Part shown: piece after piece, positions 8,422 to 17,117 of the stretch | Numbering within the stretch: the first letter of the stretch is position 1 | Layout: each line of letters opens with the position of its first letter | Origin: a virus | Reading direction: 5' to 3' (one strand) | Virus record (IMG/VR): IMGVR_UViG_3300029796_000300 | Length of the DNA: 64,000 nucleotides | Made by a program: the position numbers and the translations under genes | Notes under the pieces: generated by a model | What the model saw: the letters and a program-made list of their open reading frames with translations, nothing else | Databases searched by the model: none | What the model was told of the DNA's origin: nothing

Positions 8422-9417
8422 TTAAGTCGCGTGGAGCTTCCACTCGCTCTTCTCGCGGTCCACCGTATAGATGAATGGCAGCGTGCCAGCCATCTCCCAG
8501 TTGATATACTTGCTGGGTTCCTGCGTTGTGACGACGCGATTGATGACGATGTGGCCTTCCCTGTCGGACTCGACATACTTGCCGTCACCGTCCTCGATAA
8601 AGGAGTTGACGCTGAAATCCTGACCGGAACGGTACTGCTTCAGCTCAATCGCCATCCAGATGACCTCATGGAAGCCAGCCTTAGCGGCCTCAATGGTATC
8701 GGCAGCGAATTTGTACCCGTAGCAGCCATCGCCGTCTTCCAGCATGATGCTGTTCACATATTTCTGCTCTTCCGCATCCCACTCCTTCAGGAGCTTCTTG
8801 TAGTCCATCTTCTCGTAGGTAGGACGGATGATGCGAAGCACTGCTTCCTGCTCGTCCTTTGATAAGGGGCGCACTGCCTCTACACAGACATCACCGAGCC
8901 ACAGAGATACCGTGAGGTATGGCTTTGCGAGCTTGGTGCAGTATTCGTCTACATCCGCATAGATGTTACAGTAGGAATCGTTCTGCTCCGTTTCAAAAAA
9001 GGTTCCGAATAGTCGGTCCACATCGGAAATGCCTTCCAGCATGACGTTCCACGTCTGCGTTTCATCGTCAAATAGGAAAGCCTCGTTATTATAACGGTCA
9101 ACGCAGAAATCAGAGTCGGTGATTTCTGCTCCCATGAGCTTCAGGGAGTCGATTTTTGCCAGTGACTTTCCCTTCTCTTCCTCTGAGCTTTCAACGAGAC
9201 GAAGAGATGACGTAAGGAAATTTGACCGCTTCTCGTCCTGAAACAGCACCTCTACCATCTGGAGGTAAGGCTTGGTCTTCAGAAGGGCCATGATTCTGCC
9301 CGTCTGGTTATGGCGCTTGTTGCCGGAGGTGATGACCTGTACGGCGTCGAACAGGTGAAGGTTGATGCCATTGACATCCTTTACTTCGCTCCACTTCGGC
9401 ATGATTCTATTATTCAT
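8422..9417 (-). CDS. hypothetical protein
   Basis: 331-aa ORF. Confidence 0.6.
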   Translation of the reverse strand: MNNRIMPKWSEVKDVNGINLHLFDAVQVITSGNKRHNQTGRIMALLKTKPYLQMVEVLFQDEKRSNFLTSSLRLVESSEEEKGKSLAKIDSLKLMGAEITDSDFCVDRYNNEAFLFDDETQTWNVMLEGISDVDRLFGTFFETEQNDSYCNIYADVDEYCTKLAKPYLTVSLWLGDVCVEAVRPLSKDEQEAVLRIIRPTYEKMDYKKLLKEWDAEEQKYVNSIMLEDGDGCYGYKFAADTIEAAKAGFHEVIWMAIELKQYRSGQDFSVNSFIEDGDGKYVESDREGHIVINRVVTTQEPSKYINWEMAGTLPFIYTVDREKSEWKLHAT

Positions 9418-9434
9418 GTTTCATTTCTCCTTTT

Positions 9435-9848
9435 TTAAGTCCACATCAAATTTATGCCGCCAACCTGCTCCACACGCTCTGTGATTTTCTGCGCGTCCTT
9501 CATACCGGGAATCGCGAATCTTGCGTTCCAAGCACGAATCAAATCCGACAAGGTTTTATCCTTGACGGGCACGGCAAAATCACAGCAGAAGTTGTATAGG
9601 GGCTGGTCCAGCATTTCCTCGTACACATCTTCGGTTCCTTCCACAATACGAATCCGCTTGGCTGTATCGTGGATGTTGATGCGTCCGAGGTAGAGATGTC
9701 CGTGCAGTTCCTTCAGAGCCTTCAGCTTTTCTCGGTTCAGGTCGTTCAGAACACTGTCGGCCTCCGGCAGATTCAAAATGCCGCCGACGGAACGGATATG
9801 CTCCATCTCGGCTTGCATAAGCTGGTCGATTTTTTCCTGTGCGTTCAT
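9435..9848 (-). CDS. hypothetical protein (MNAQEKIDQLMQ...)
   Basis: Internal Met with GGAGAAAAC RBS. Confidence 0.5.
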   Translation of the reverse strand: MNAQEKIDQLMQAEMEHIRSVGGILNLPEADSVLNDLNREKLKALKELHGHLYLGRINIHDTAKRIRIVEGTEDVYEEMLDQPLYNFCCDFAVPVKDKTLSDLIRAWNARFAIPGMKDAQKITERVEQVGGINLMWT

Positions 9849-9861
9849 GTTTTCTCCTTTC

Positions 9862-10227
9862 TCAAGCTGCCATCTGGTACAGCCATGCTTCAAAGTCTTC
9901 ATAGTCCATCAGCCGTCCATCCACCTCGACGAATCCAGGCTGCGTTGTGCCGCGAACAACGGAAAAGGAATCTCCGCCGCCACAGAAAACGCGAATGTTC
10001 GTTCTGGAGATGCTCTCGCAGCGCAAGAAATACGAGCCGAGGCGTTCCCAAATTCGGGACATCTCCTCGTCGGTCGCTTCCCAACTGCGGTTTTGGCTGG
10101 TACGGACCTTTGTTGCGGATACGGACAACTCAACCTGCTCCGTATCTTCCGGCAGCCCAAGCTCCGCGCAGACCTCTTTCCACTTTGTTTCGTCGCTGAA
10201 ATCCCACTTAAACAGCATTGCTTCCAT
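9862..10227 (-). CDS. hypothetical protein (MEAMLFKWDF...)
   Basis: Internal Met with AAAAAGGAGAAATAAAC RBS; first gene after leader copy 4. Confidence 0.55.
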   Translation of the reverse strand: MEAMLFKWDFSDETKWKEVCAELGLPEDTEQVELSVSATKVRTSQNRSWEATDEEMSRIWERLGSYFLRCESISRTNIRVFCGGGDSFSVVRGTTQPGFVEVDGRLMDYEDFEAWLYQMAA

Positions 10228-10257
10228 GTTTATTTCTCCTTTTTCGTGTTTTTTTGA

Positions 10258-10398
10258 TATATAAAAAGCCAGCGGCATGATAAAACCGCTGACTGAACTT
10301 TCTTTGTGTATGTGATACTTCCTTTGTATGCTCTGAGCATACCGGCAAATATGGAAACACGCCTATTTTAATGTTGGGAACCTGAGAACCGAAGAATA
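10258..10398 (-). promoter_or_regulatory. conserved leader element (type B) copy 4; hairpin stem CAGCGG / CCGCTG with 10-nt loop
   Basis: Alignment; GAACC GAACC GAATA at 8-bp period. Confidence 0.6.
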
Positions 10399-10465
10399 CA
10401 TATCGTCACGCGCAATGTCCGCTTCACGCTGGCGGAACTGCTCGATTGGATTTAAGAAACGGAGA

Positions 10466-10500
10466 ATAGCAAAAAACGCCGCCCATCTGGGCGGCGTTTC
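10466..10500 (-). terminator. intrinsic terminator after sigma factor gene (GCCGCCCAGATGGGCGGC + TTTTTT)
   Basis: Perfect GC hairpin followed by T6. Confidence 0.7.
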
Positions 10501-11622
10501 TCATTCAAGAAAGTCCTGAAGCATCTTCCCTGCCTTTCCGTTGCGTAGCTTATCGAGTGTTTTATCTGTAACCTGACGGACACGCTCTCGCGTTAAGTCC
10601 ATTTCGTCCCCGATTTCTTTGAGGGTATAAGCACAACCATCCTCCAATCCGAATCGTAAGCGAAGCACACAGGCGTCTCGTGCGGGCATATCGTGCAGGA
10701 TTTTGTCCATCGTTTCCCATAGTGCCTTCCCTGACGTTGAAATTTCCGGGTTATCCCACTCGTTATGGCTTGGGATGAATTCCGAAAGCGGTGTGTTGGA
10801 ATCGCTTGCGGCGTCCGAATTGACGGGCGCATCCAACGAGTCCGGCTTCCGGTACTGGAGCGAGTGTTGGATGATGCGCAGTTTTTTCTGCTGCTCCCTT
10901 TTTGAAAGGGAATCCCACGCATCCCCCTCCATGTATTTTGCGATTTCTAAAGGGTCATCACAAGGTAAGCCTTTTTGTTGCATTTGTTCTTTTGCATTAT
11001 TGACGCTCCGCCTGCCCTCCGCAACATAGATGGGCTTGCGAATGGCTGGGTCCGTCGTGGCAAGCGCTCTTGTGATGTTTTGCCTTATCCAGAAGGTTGC
11101 GTAGGTGGAAAACTTCACATTCCTCGAAATGTCAAAAGAGTCGATGGAACGCATGAGGCCAATGTTGCCCTCCTGAATGAGGTCCATGAACACCATAGAA
11201 TCGGCTGAGTTTATATATTTCTTTGCGATGGACACAACAAGCCGAAGATTGCCCTCAACAACCTTATCTTTCGCCCGTCTTCCTGCTTCTATGGCCTTCA
11301 TCAGGTCTTTCTTGATTTCGGGGTCAACTGCATTCCCGCTCTCCTCGGCAATTACCCGCAGCGTTTCGAGCTGTTCGGCAGCGGCATTCCCCTTCTGCAC
11401 TTTTTCAATGCAGCGATTCGCTTCCACCTGCGGCATAATGGGAATGCTGCCAATTTGGCTGAGATACATCGCCACATGGTCGCCGATATTTCCCGGCTGC
11501 TTCGCTTCGGTCTCCTGTTCATTCGAAGCTGTGATTTCTTCTGTTTCAGGCTGCCTTTCAATGGCTTCATAGGCAAGCGCACGGTCAGCGGCTAAATTAC
11601 TGGTATTCGTGATGTCAACCAC
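10501..11622 (-). CDS. RNA polymerase sigma-70 family sigma factor (regions 1.2-4; housekeeping-like paralog carried on element); start codon uncertain (GTG at 11622 or ATG at 11472)
   Basis: Region 2 motif LIQEGNIGLMRSIDSFD...FSTYATFWIRQ; region 4 HTH LKEIGDEMDLTRERVRQV. Confidence 0.8.
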   Translation of the reverse strand: MVDITNTSNLAADRALAYEAIERQPETEEITASNEQETEAKQPGNIGDHVAMYLSQIGSIPIMPQVEANRCIEKVQKGNAAAEQLETLRVIAEESGNAVDPEIKKDLMKAIEAGRRAKDKVVEGNLRLVVSIAKKYINSADSMVFMDLIQEGNIGLMRSIDSFDISRNVKFSTYATFWIRQNITRALATTDPAIRKPIYVAEGRRSVNNAKEQMQQKGLPCDDPLEIAKYMEGDAWDSLSKREQQKKLRIIQHSLQYRKPDSLDAPVNSDAASDSNTPLSEFIPSHNEWDNPEISTSGKALWETMDKILHDMPARDACVLRLRFGLEDGCAYTLKEIGDEMDLTRERVRQVTDKTLDKLRNGKAGKMLQDFLE

Positions 11623-11641
11623 CCCCCTTCACTGAATGCAG

Positions 11642-11670
11642 CAATTATACCACACAATAGCTTACTTGTC
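11642..11670 (-). promoter_or_regulatory. consensus sigma-A type promoter TTGACA-N17-TATAAT with TGTGG extended -10 (type A family)
   Basis: rc reads TTGACAAGTAAGCTATTGTGTGGTATAAT. Confidence 0.6.
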
Positions 11671-11720
11671 AATCAAAAGGCCGCCAGCGATGTGCTGACA
11701 GCCTTCCAGGATGGGAGAGA

Positions 11721-12224
11721 CTATTTTTGCTGTTGTGCGCGGAGTTGCTCCACCTCCGCCCTCCAGCGCGGTGTGGCCGTACTGATTGCCTCAACGGTAC
11801 TTGGCGTGGTGGAGAGAGCCAGAATATCGGCTTTCGTCTTCACTCCTTCCAGACGGCGACACATCTCCTCGTAGGTCGTGCTGTTGTCTGCCGTAATCCA
11901 ACAACCGCAGATGTCGTTTGAGCCGTCATCGTTGTGCCGGCTGGCGGTAGTGGGAATCTCAATGCACCAGAGGGCGAACTCGGAATATTCGGTGCTGCGG
12001 AATACATCCTGCACAAAGGGGTTTGTTTTCTTGAGCTGCTCCACAAGAGGACGCGCGCAGTTTTTTTCCTGTTCATCCCTCCTTTGCGCAAGCCATATAT
12101 TTTGCAATTCGAGAAAATGCGTTTCCTCGCCGCTTAATCTTTTTCCGTCAATTGCCTTCTGAATGAGGTGTTCTCCCCGTTCCAAAAGCTCTTCAATCGT
12201 TGGGAACTTACCGTTTTCAAACAT
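11721..12224 (-). CDS. hypothetical protein
   Basis: 167-aa ORF. Confidence 0.55.
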   Translation of the reverse strand: MFENGKFPTIEELLERGEHLIQKAIDGKRLSGEETHFLELQNIWLAQRRDEQEKNCARPLVEQLKKTNPFVQDVFRSTEYSEFALWCIEIPTTASRHNDDGSNDICGCWITADNSTTYEEMCRRLEGVKTKADILALSTTPSTVEAISTATPRWRAEVEQLRAQQQK

Positions 12225-12229
12225 TGATA

Positions 12230-12757
12230 TTACACCTCCGAAATTTCGATTCCGTACTTTTCCAACATGAGTTTGCGTTTCATAAGATACTTTTCGGTTC
12301 GTTTTCCCTTCGCGTCTTCCACGATGCGTTTACCGTTGCGAAGGTATACGAAATCTGCCTTATAGACCATTGGGCGAACCCGCTTGCCATTTGGCCGTGT
12401 ATAGCCCTCGACCAGCGTGAAGTCCTGCTGGAGCCGCAGGTCCTGGATTGCACCGCCCTTGTACTGCAAATACAGTTCATCGAAGCGCCGTGCCTCCCGC
12501 TTGCTGGGGAATTTCACGGTTTCTCCATCCACCACGCGAATGACCTTTACATTGCGATATTTGGATGGCTCAGCAGCGTCCGCTTCTTTCGGCTGTTTTT
12601 GCCTTTTCTGTGCTTCCGGCTGTTTTTTTGCTTGCTGCTGTTTCTGTTCGCGCTTCTGCTCGTCGAGCTTTGCACGCACCTGAATCTGTGCGGAAAGCGG
12701 CAGGCTATTGATGTCAATACCCACCTTCAGTTCCTCCGCCTGTTTGTGGCGCGGCAT
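12230..12757 (-). CDS. DUF1064-like phage protein (KYRNVKV...YKADFVY...IVEDAKG motifs), basic/Q-rich N-terminus
   Basis: Motif resemblance to DUF1064 family. Confidence 0.6.
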   Translation of the reverse strand: MPRHKQAEELKVGIDINSLPLSAQIQVRAKLDEQKREQKQQQAKKQPEAQKRQKQPKEADAAEPSKYRNVKVIRVVDGETVKFPSKREARRFDELYLQYKGGAIQDLRLQQDFTLVEGYTRPNGKRVRPMVYKADFVYLRNGKRIVEDAKGKRTEKYLMKRKLMLEKYGIEISEV

Positions 12758-13116
12758 TTTGGCTGCTTCCTTCTCGCAGCAGAATCAAATTCATGACCTT
12801 CCATACCGTCCAGATACACAGATGGCGAACTATGCTTCTGCTGGTGCCGTGCAGGTCGGCGATTTGCGAAAACGTCATTCTGTCACGAAAATACTTTTGG
12901 ACGATATCGCGGTTTCGCTCAGGAAGTGTGTCCAGCGCTTCATCGAACATCTCGTTAAAGCCCGGTGTAAATGAAATTTGATTCTTACCCCAGGCTGAAA
13001 TTTGATTCTTACACCAGGCAAAGGATGTATCGTACATAATGGCCGCCTTCCGCCACTCCTCCGGGGCAAACTCAGGCTGGTTAATCTTGTCTGTCGTTTG
13101 TTTCTTTGTCATTTTT
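12714..13116 (-). CDS. small sigma region-4-like HTH DNA-binding protein; contains in-frame tandem repeat (AWCKNQIS AWGKNQIS)
   Basis: RNRDIVQKYFRDRMTFSQIADLHGTSRSIV resembles sigma-70 region 4. Confidence 0.5.
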
Positions 13117-13357
13117 GTTTTTCCTTTCTCCGTCGCTGCAAAAACTATTTGGAAATGTCCGATGCTGCGGCATGAGAGATGTACCACCGCAAACCCAACC
13201 GTCTGATTGCGAAAATACACAGCCCTCACATCGCACCACCGGCACGGCATCCACAGTGGGGGCTTTTTCGAGCAAGCCAAGTAAGCCGTTCCAACCAGCA
13301 CAATACGCCGCAGGGAGAACATCTTTGCTGCACCGCCCCACGCCCAATTTATCAATA

Positions 13358-14614
13358 TCAACCAGATTCATGGTCAGCACCTCCGTCCATCTTGGCCCCG
13401 CAATCCTCGCAGTATTTTTTGGTAGGCTTGTCCCAACTGCCCTCAGTGGTAATGACAAAGCCGCACGCAGGGCAACACCACTCGTCCCCGCCAAGATGCG
13501 CCCAGCTGGTGTGCATTACCGGGGCCACGTCAGTGGTGAGAAAATCTCTTCGTGAGCTGCGCCACAGCATGAGCAGCATCTCGCTGACCGGTCTGGTTCG
13601 GTCCTTCCTCACGGCTTTCCTCACGCATCGCAGATGCCCGCCGTCCGGGCAAAGCACACCGACGCCGTATGGCACAGTATCCTTCACCGCTTCGAAGACG
13701 TCTGCGGGCATAACGTAGTAGTTGTAGTCCGCGATGAAGTTGTGCCCGTTAGGAGATTTGAAATCCTCCACAGAGGACTTGACCTCGTAGGCGTAGAAGT
13801 CCCCCTTCTCAATGCCGGAGGTCGAATTGTTGAGCGGCTGAAAGCGCATATAGTCCACGCGGATTTTGTGGTTCGTAGAGTAGTCGAATGTGACCTCTCT
13901 CGCCCAGTAGATGCGTGGGTCGTTGCGCGGGTCGATGTATCGCTCCAGCATGGCAGAGAGCTGGCGAGTGTGTTCCTTCCGGGTGAAGGCATCACTCGTT
14001 TCCGGACAGAATTGAGCTGGCTTTCCAAGGATGAAATGGAACGGCAGAGCCTTTTCCAGTACGTCGATAATATTCTGAAGGGTCCCCTGCCCGCATTGGC
14101 GCAGATTCTTCAGTTTGCCGCTCTCTATCAGTCGAACAACATCGCCGATACTTTGGGCACCACTGAACATAAGGCAGTTCTTGGTGCGAGTCGAGAAATT
14201 GAGGCACTGAAACGGAACAGAATCGCACAACTCCTCGATTTTTTTCCAGTTGCCATTCTCAATGGCCTCCTTCAAAGTAGAGGCGAGAGGGCTGCCTGCA
14301 AACCGGCGCATTTCTTTCAGGATACCCCCCGCATATTTGGGGTGACGCAGCCTCCTTATGGCGAGGTCGAAGCAAGAGTAGAACTTGCCGATGTCAATTT
14401 CCAGTGCGTTTGCGCATTGTGTTGGTGTAAGACCGTCGCGGTAGCGTTTTAAGATAGCTTCCCGCTCCAACTCAGGGAATGTGGCGATGGCAGCGTCTAC
14501 AGCTGCGTCGAAAGAGTCAGAGAACTCAGCACACGGCATACACAAGCAATCCTGCATCAAATTCTTTCGCCATTCTACTGACGAGCGAAGCAGGAAACGC
14601 TCCTCAGTGTTCAT
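13358..14614 (-). CDS. multidomain protein: N-terminal sigma region-4-like HTH, RpoA alpha-CTD-like HhH segment, C-terminal PD-(D/E)xK-like nuclease motif, C-terminal Cys4 ribbon
   Basis: EREAILKRYRDGLTPTQCANALEI; LNFSTRTKNCLMFSGAQSIGDVVRL; GDFYAYEVKSS; CPACG...CEDCG. Confidence 0.6.
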   Translation of the reverse strand: MNTEERFLLRSSVEWRKNLMQDCLCMPCAEFSDSFDAAVDAAIATFPELEREAILKRYRDGLTPTQCANALEIDIGKFYSCFDLAIRRLRHPKYAGGILKEMRRFAGSPLASTLKEAIENGNWKKIEELCDSVPFQCLNFSTRTKNCLMFSGAQSIGDVVRLIESGKLKNLRQCGQGTLQNIIDVLEKALPFHFILGKPAQFCPETSDAFTRKEHTRQLSAMLERYIDPRNDPRIYWAREVTFDYSTNHKIRVDYMRFQPLNNSTSGIEKGDFYAYEVKSSVEDFKSPNGHNFIADYNYYVMPADVFEAVKDTVPYGVGVLCPDGGHLRCVRKAVRKDRTRPVSEMLLMLWRSSRRDFLTTDVAPVMHTSWAHLGGDEWCCPACGFVITTEGSWDKPTKKYCEDCGAKMDGGADHESG

Positions 14615-14826
14615 TCCGCTCCAACCTCCTCGTCATACTCTTCCGGGGTGATGATTTCTATGTATTCCGCACTGTAGCCCAGTGCGTCAAGACGCAGAAG
14701 TTCCGCGACCTTCTCTTTGTTGATGGATGCAGCAATTTCCTCGTATGAGATATCCCTCTCTGCCGCCTCAAAGCTCAGCTGTACCACAAATGTGGGCAGC
14801 CGAAAACAAACTCTGTAATTTGCCAT
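14611..14826 (-). CDS. small hypothetical protein
   Basis: 71-aa ORF with AAGGAGGGA RBS. Confidence 0.45.
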   Translation of the reverse strand: MANYRVCFRLPTFVVQLSFEAAERDISYEEIAASINKEKVAELLRLDALGYSAEYIEIITPEEYDEEVGAE

Positions 14827-14841
14827 TTTTTGAATCCCTCC

Positions 14842-15339
14842 TTAAAAATCGTGGACGTACTGCCAACTCTGCGGTGCTCTCGCAAGTGCGAAGCAGTCGA
14901 GGCTCTTGGGCCGGTCATAGGTCTGCACATCAGAGATGTGCCATCCGTATCCCACGCGGCCACAGAGGTAGTCCTCTGCTTGCTTCACGGTGAGGCAGGC
15001 GTCCTCATACAGTTTCCCCGCTGGGGTGTAGTTTCCAGGTTGTGCGTTGACACAGTATTGAAGCGGCGCGTTGCTGCCCATATAGCCCACGCGCACCACA
15101 CGGTCAATTTCGGTACAGGTAAACTCCCCTACCACAAGACCGTTTGCCTTGTAGATTTTGCCGCCGCTATGGATTTCAAGAATTTCACCGGGCTTCTTTG
15201 TACCCTTGCAGGAGCAGTAGAGAAATACCATGAAGGGCGGCGTAAGGTTCGGTCTGGACAGGCGCAGCTCCACGGTCTTCTGGCCCGACAGGATTTTCTG
15301 GAGCCACTCAGGTCGGATGCTGAGCATGATGTTTTTCAT
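14842..15339 (-). CDS. ASCH (PUA-like) domain protein
   Basis: N-terminal MLSIRPEWLQKILSGQKTVELR typical of ASCH; GAAAGGAG RBS. Confidence 0.6.
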   Translation of the reverse strand: MKNIMLSIRPEWLQKILSGQKTVELRLSRPNLTPPFMVFLYCSCKGTKKPGEILEIHSGGKIYKANGLVVGEFTCTEIDRVVRVGYMGSNAPLQYCVNAQPGNYTPAGKLYEDACLTVKQAEDYLCGRVGYGWHISDVQTYDRPKSLDCFALARAPQSWQYVHDF

Positions 15340-15380
15340 AGGAAAACTCCTTTCCGACGGCAAAAGCCGCCTTGTCTTGC

Positions 15381-15408
15381 TTGACAAAGCGGCTTGCTGG
15401 TGTATAAT
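15381..15408 (+). promoter_or_regulatory. plus-strand sigma-A-like promoter TTGACA-N16-TATAAT driving a short antisense RNA
   Basis: cTTGACAaagcggcttgctggtgTATAAT. Confidence 0.45.
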
Positions 15409-15415
15409 AAAAGCA

Positions 15416-15505
15416 GAAAGGCGATACCGATAAGCGGTCAGCCTAAGAGAATAGAGTCAAACGAAATGACCGTCTTCCTTTGGCGAGGGGCGGTCATTTT
15501 CGTTT
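15416..15505 (+). ncRNA. candidate ~90-nt antisense sRNA ending at a palindromic terminator shared with the convergent peptide gene
   Basis: Promoter at 15381-15408; hairpin ATGACCG..CGGTCAT + TTTCGTTTG at 15466-15505. Confidence 0.35.
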
Positions 15506-15586
15506 GCAAATCTGAACTATCAGACCCACAAGGCCGATGATAACAAGAGAATACGCAAAAAGCGATTCGTAAGTAACCATTGGCAT
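15494..15586 (-). CDS. 30-aa hydrophobic peptide MPMVTYESLFAYSLVIIGLVGLIVQICKRK (Fst/Ldr-like type I toxin candidate)
   Basis: Strong GGAGGGAGG RBS; minus-strand TTGACA-N17-TAAGAT promoter at ~15664-15698; single TM helix + KRK tail. Confidence 0.5.
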   Translation of the reverse strand: MPMVTYESLFAYSLVIIGLVGLIVQICKRK

Positions 15587-15722
15587 CACCTCCCTCCACA
15601 GGGAAGTGCCGACCGCCTACCGTATATGGTAACGCCTTTCTGGCTCCTTTTGGAGCATTGTTATCTTACCAAAAAGGCCCCGCTTTGTCAATTTCCACCG
15701 CCCACGGTTTATCCGCAGGTGG

Positions 15723-17117
15723 TTATTTTTTTGCCTCGGCTGCTGCATGGGGAAGCCGCACCCAGCCGCCCTTATGACGAACAAGCTGGATTTTCTTCAT
15801 GCTGACCATAAGCGGCTTTCCATCCGTGAGTAGGCTTAATGCCCTGCCATAGCTGGAGCAGCCCTTGGAAACGTATTTGCGATTGCCGTAGACCACGATA
15901 TCTCCCGGCTGCATGGCATATCTCTGCTTTCTGGTCGAGGTTCGGCCCTTTGACTTCTTACAGCCACGGAACCGGCGCAGATTTTCGCCGTCAAGGTTAT
16001 GATTGCGGTTCGTCCTGCCGGAGGACAGCTCGTTGCCAGAACGGATAACTCCCTTTTCCCGTGTGTCGTAATATTTGGCGTCATAGAATTTGGATAGGAC
16101 TCTGTTGTTTCGCCTGTATTTCTGGAAGACCTCTGTTTCGCATCTGGCTTCCGGACGCAGCTCGCCCATGCAGTAGGCATCCGTAGCGCAGGAATACGGG
16201 AGGCCGAGGTTGGTGCGGACGCGCTTGGAGATGACGCCATAGGTCATGTGTACTTCCGCAACACCCTGGAAGCGAGCCATCGCACGCTGATAGAGAATCC
16301 AGCGCACGCTATTCATAAACGCTTCGCCGGTATATTTCCGCAGAGGCTTATCGAAGCCCCACAGCTTCCCGCCCTCCTTGTGATTGGCAGGTGTGTTGCA
16401 CTTCTCGCAGCAGGTCGCAAGCTCCCTCATGCTGTTCCCATGCAGACCTTTCCAGTAGTAGGCGTGATGGACATGAAGGATAGCGCCGTCTTTCAGGCCT
16501 CTCTTGCAATACACACAGGTATAGTGGTCCCGTTCAAAGACCGCTTCCCGCAGCGTATCGTAGCCGTACTGCGGTCCATGCTGATAGTCCTTGCCCTGCG
16601 GGACAGGTTCCCCTGCCTCCAGCGCCGCAAGGAGCTGTGTATCGTATGTCGCGGCCTTGATAAAGACATCCGTGACAGGCATGACAGACAGATAACGGGA
16701 GATAATATCCAGGTGCCGCTCCACCTTGTTGTCCAGAGACGGAGCAATCCAACCGGGCTTTTTGCCTGATACACGGTTATTGAACCGTGCAGCCCGATAC
16801 CGCAGGCGGTTTCTGCGCGTCCGGCGGTACGCTCGGCAGTCGTCATGGCGAGAGCGCTCGTTCGTGAGCATATCATATTGCTGCGATACGACCTCTTTTG
16901 CCTTTGTCTTAATGCTGACGCCGATATGCTCATATCCGGTGCCGACGCACATTTCGATGGGCTGGGTATAGGTACTGGTATCGTAGGTCAGCTGGATGGT
17001 GAACGGGTTCCGCTTCGCAATCACAGCGCGGCCATCCTTCAACAGATGGCGCACTTTGCCGTAATTTTCGGTCGGCATCAGCCGTTCACCGTTTGCACTT
17101 AAAACACATACTGGCAT
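15723..17117 (-). CDS. IscB-family protein (PLMP, bridge helix, HNH zinc finger present) with RuvC catalytic residues substituted (RuvC-I D->T, RuvC-II E->K, RuvC-III H->C) relative to the canonical copy at 29896..31188
   Basis: Pairwise alignment by eye: ILGVDAGSKTIG vs EMCVGTGYEHIG; VVVETAEFD vs VFIKAATYD; HTNDALAIA vs SCATDAYCM; HNH HVHH kept, N->E. Confidence 0.8.
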   Translation of the reverse strand: MPVCVLSANGERLMPTENYGKVRHLLKDGRAVIAKRNPFTIQLTYDTSTYTQPIEMCVGTGYEHIGVSIKTKAKEVVSQQYDMLTNERSRHDDCRAYRRTRRNRLRYRAARFNNRVSGKKPGWIAPSLDNKVERHLDIISRYLSVMPVTDVFIKAATYDTQLLAALEAGEPVPQGKDYQHGPQYGYDTLREAVFERDHYTCVYCKRGLKDGAILHVHHAYYWKGLHGNSMRELATCCEKCNTPANHKEGGKLWGFDKPLRKYTGEAFMNSVRWILYQRAMARFQGVAEVHMTYGVISKRVRTNLGLPYSCATDAYCMGELRPEARCETEVFQKYRRNNRVLSKFYDAKYYDTREKGVIRSGNELSSGRTNRNHNLDGENLRRFRGCKKSKGRTSTRKQRYAMQPGDIVVYGNRKYVSKGCSSYGRALSLLTDGKPLMVSMKKIQLVRHKGGWVRLPHAAAEAKK

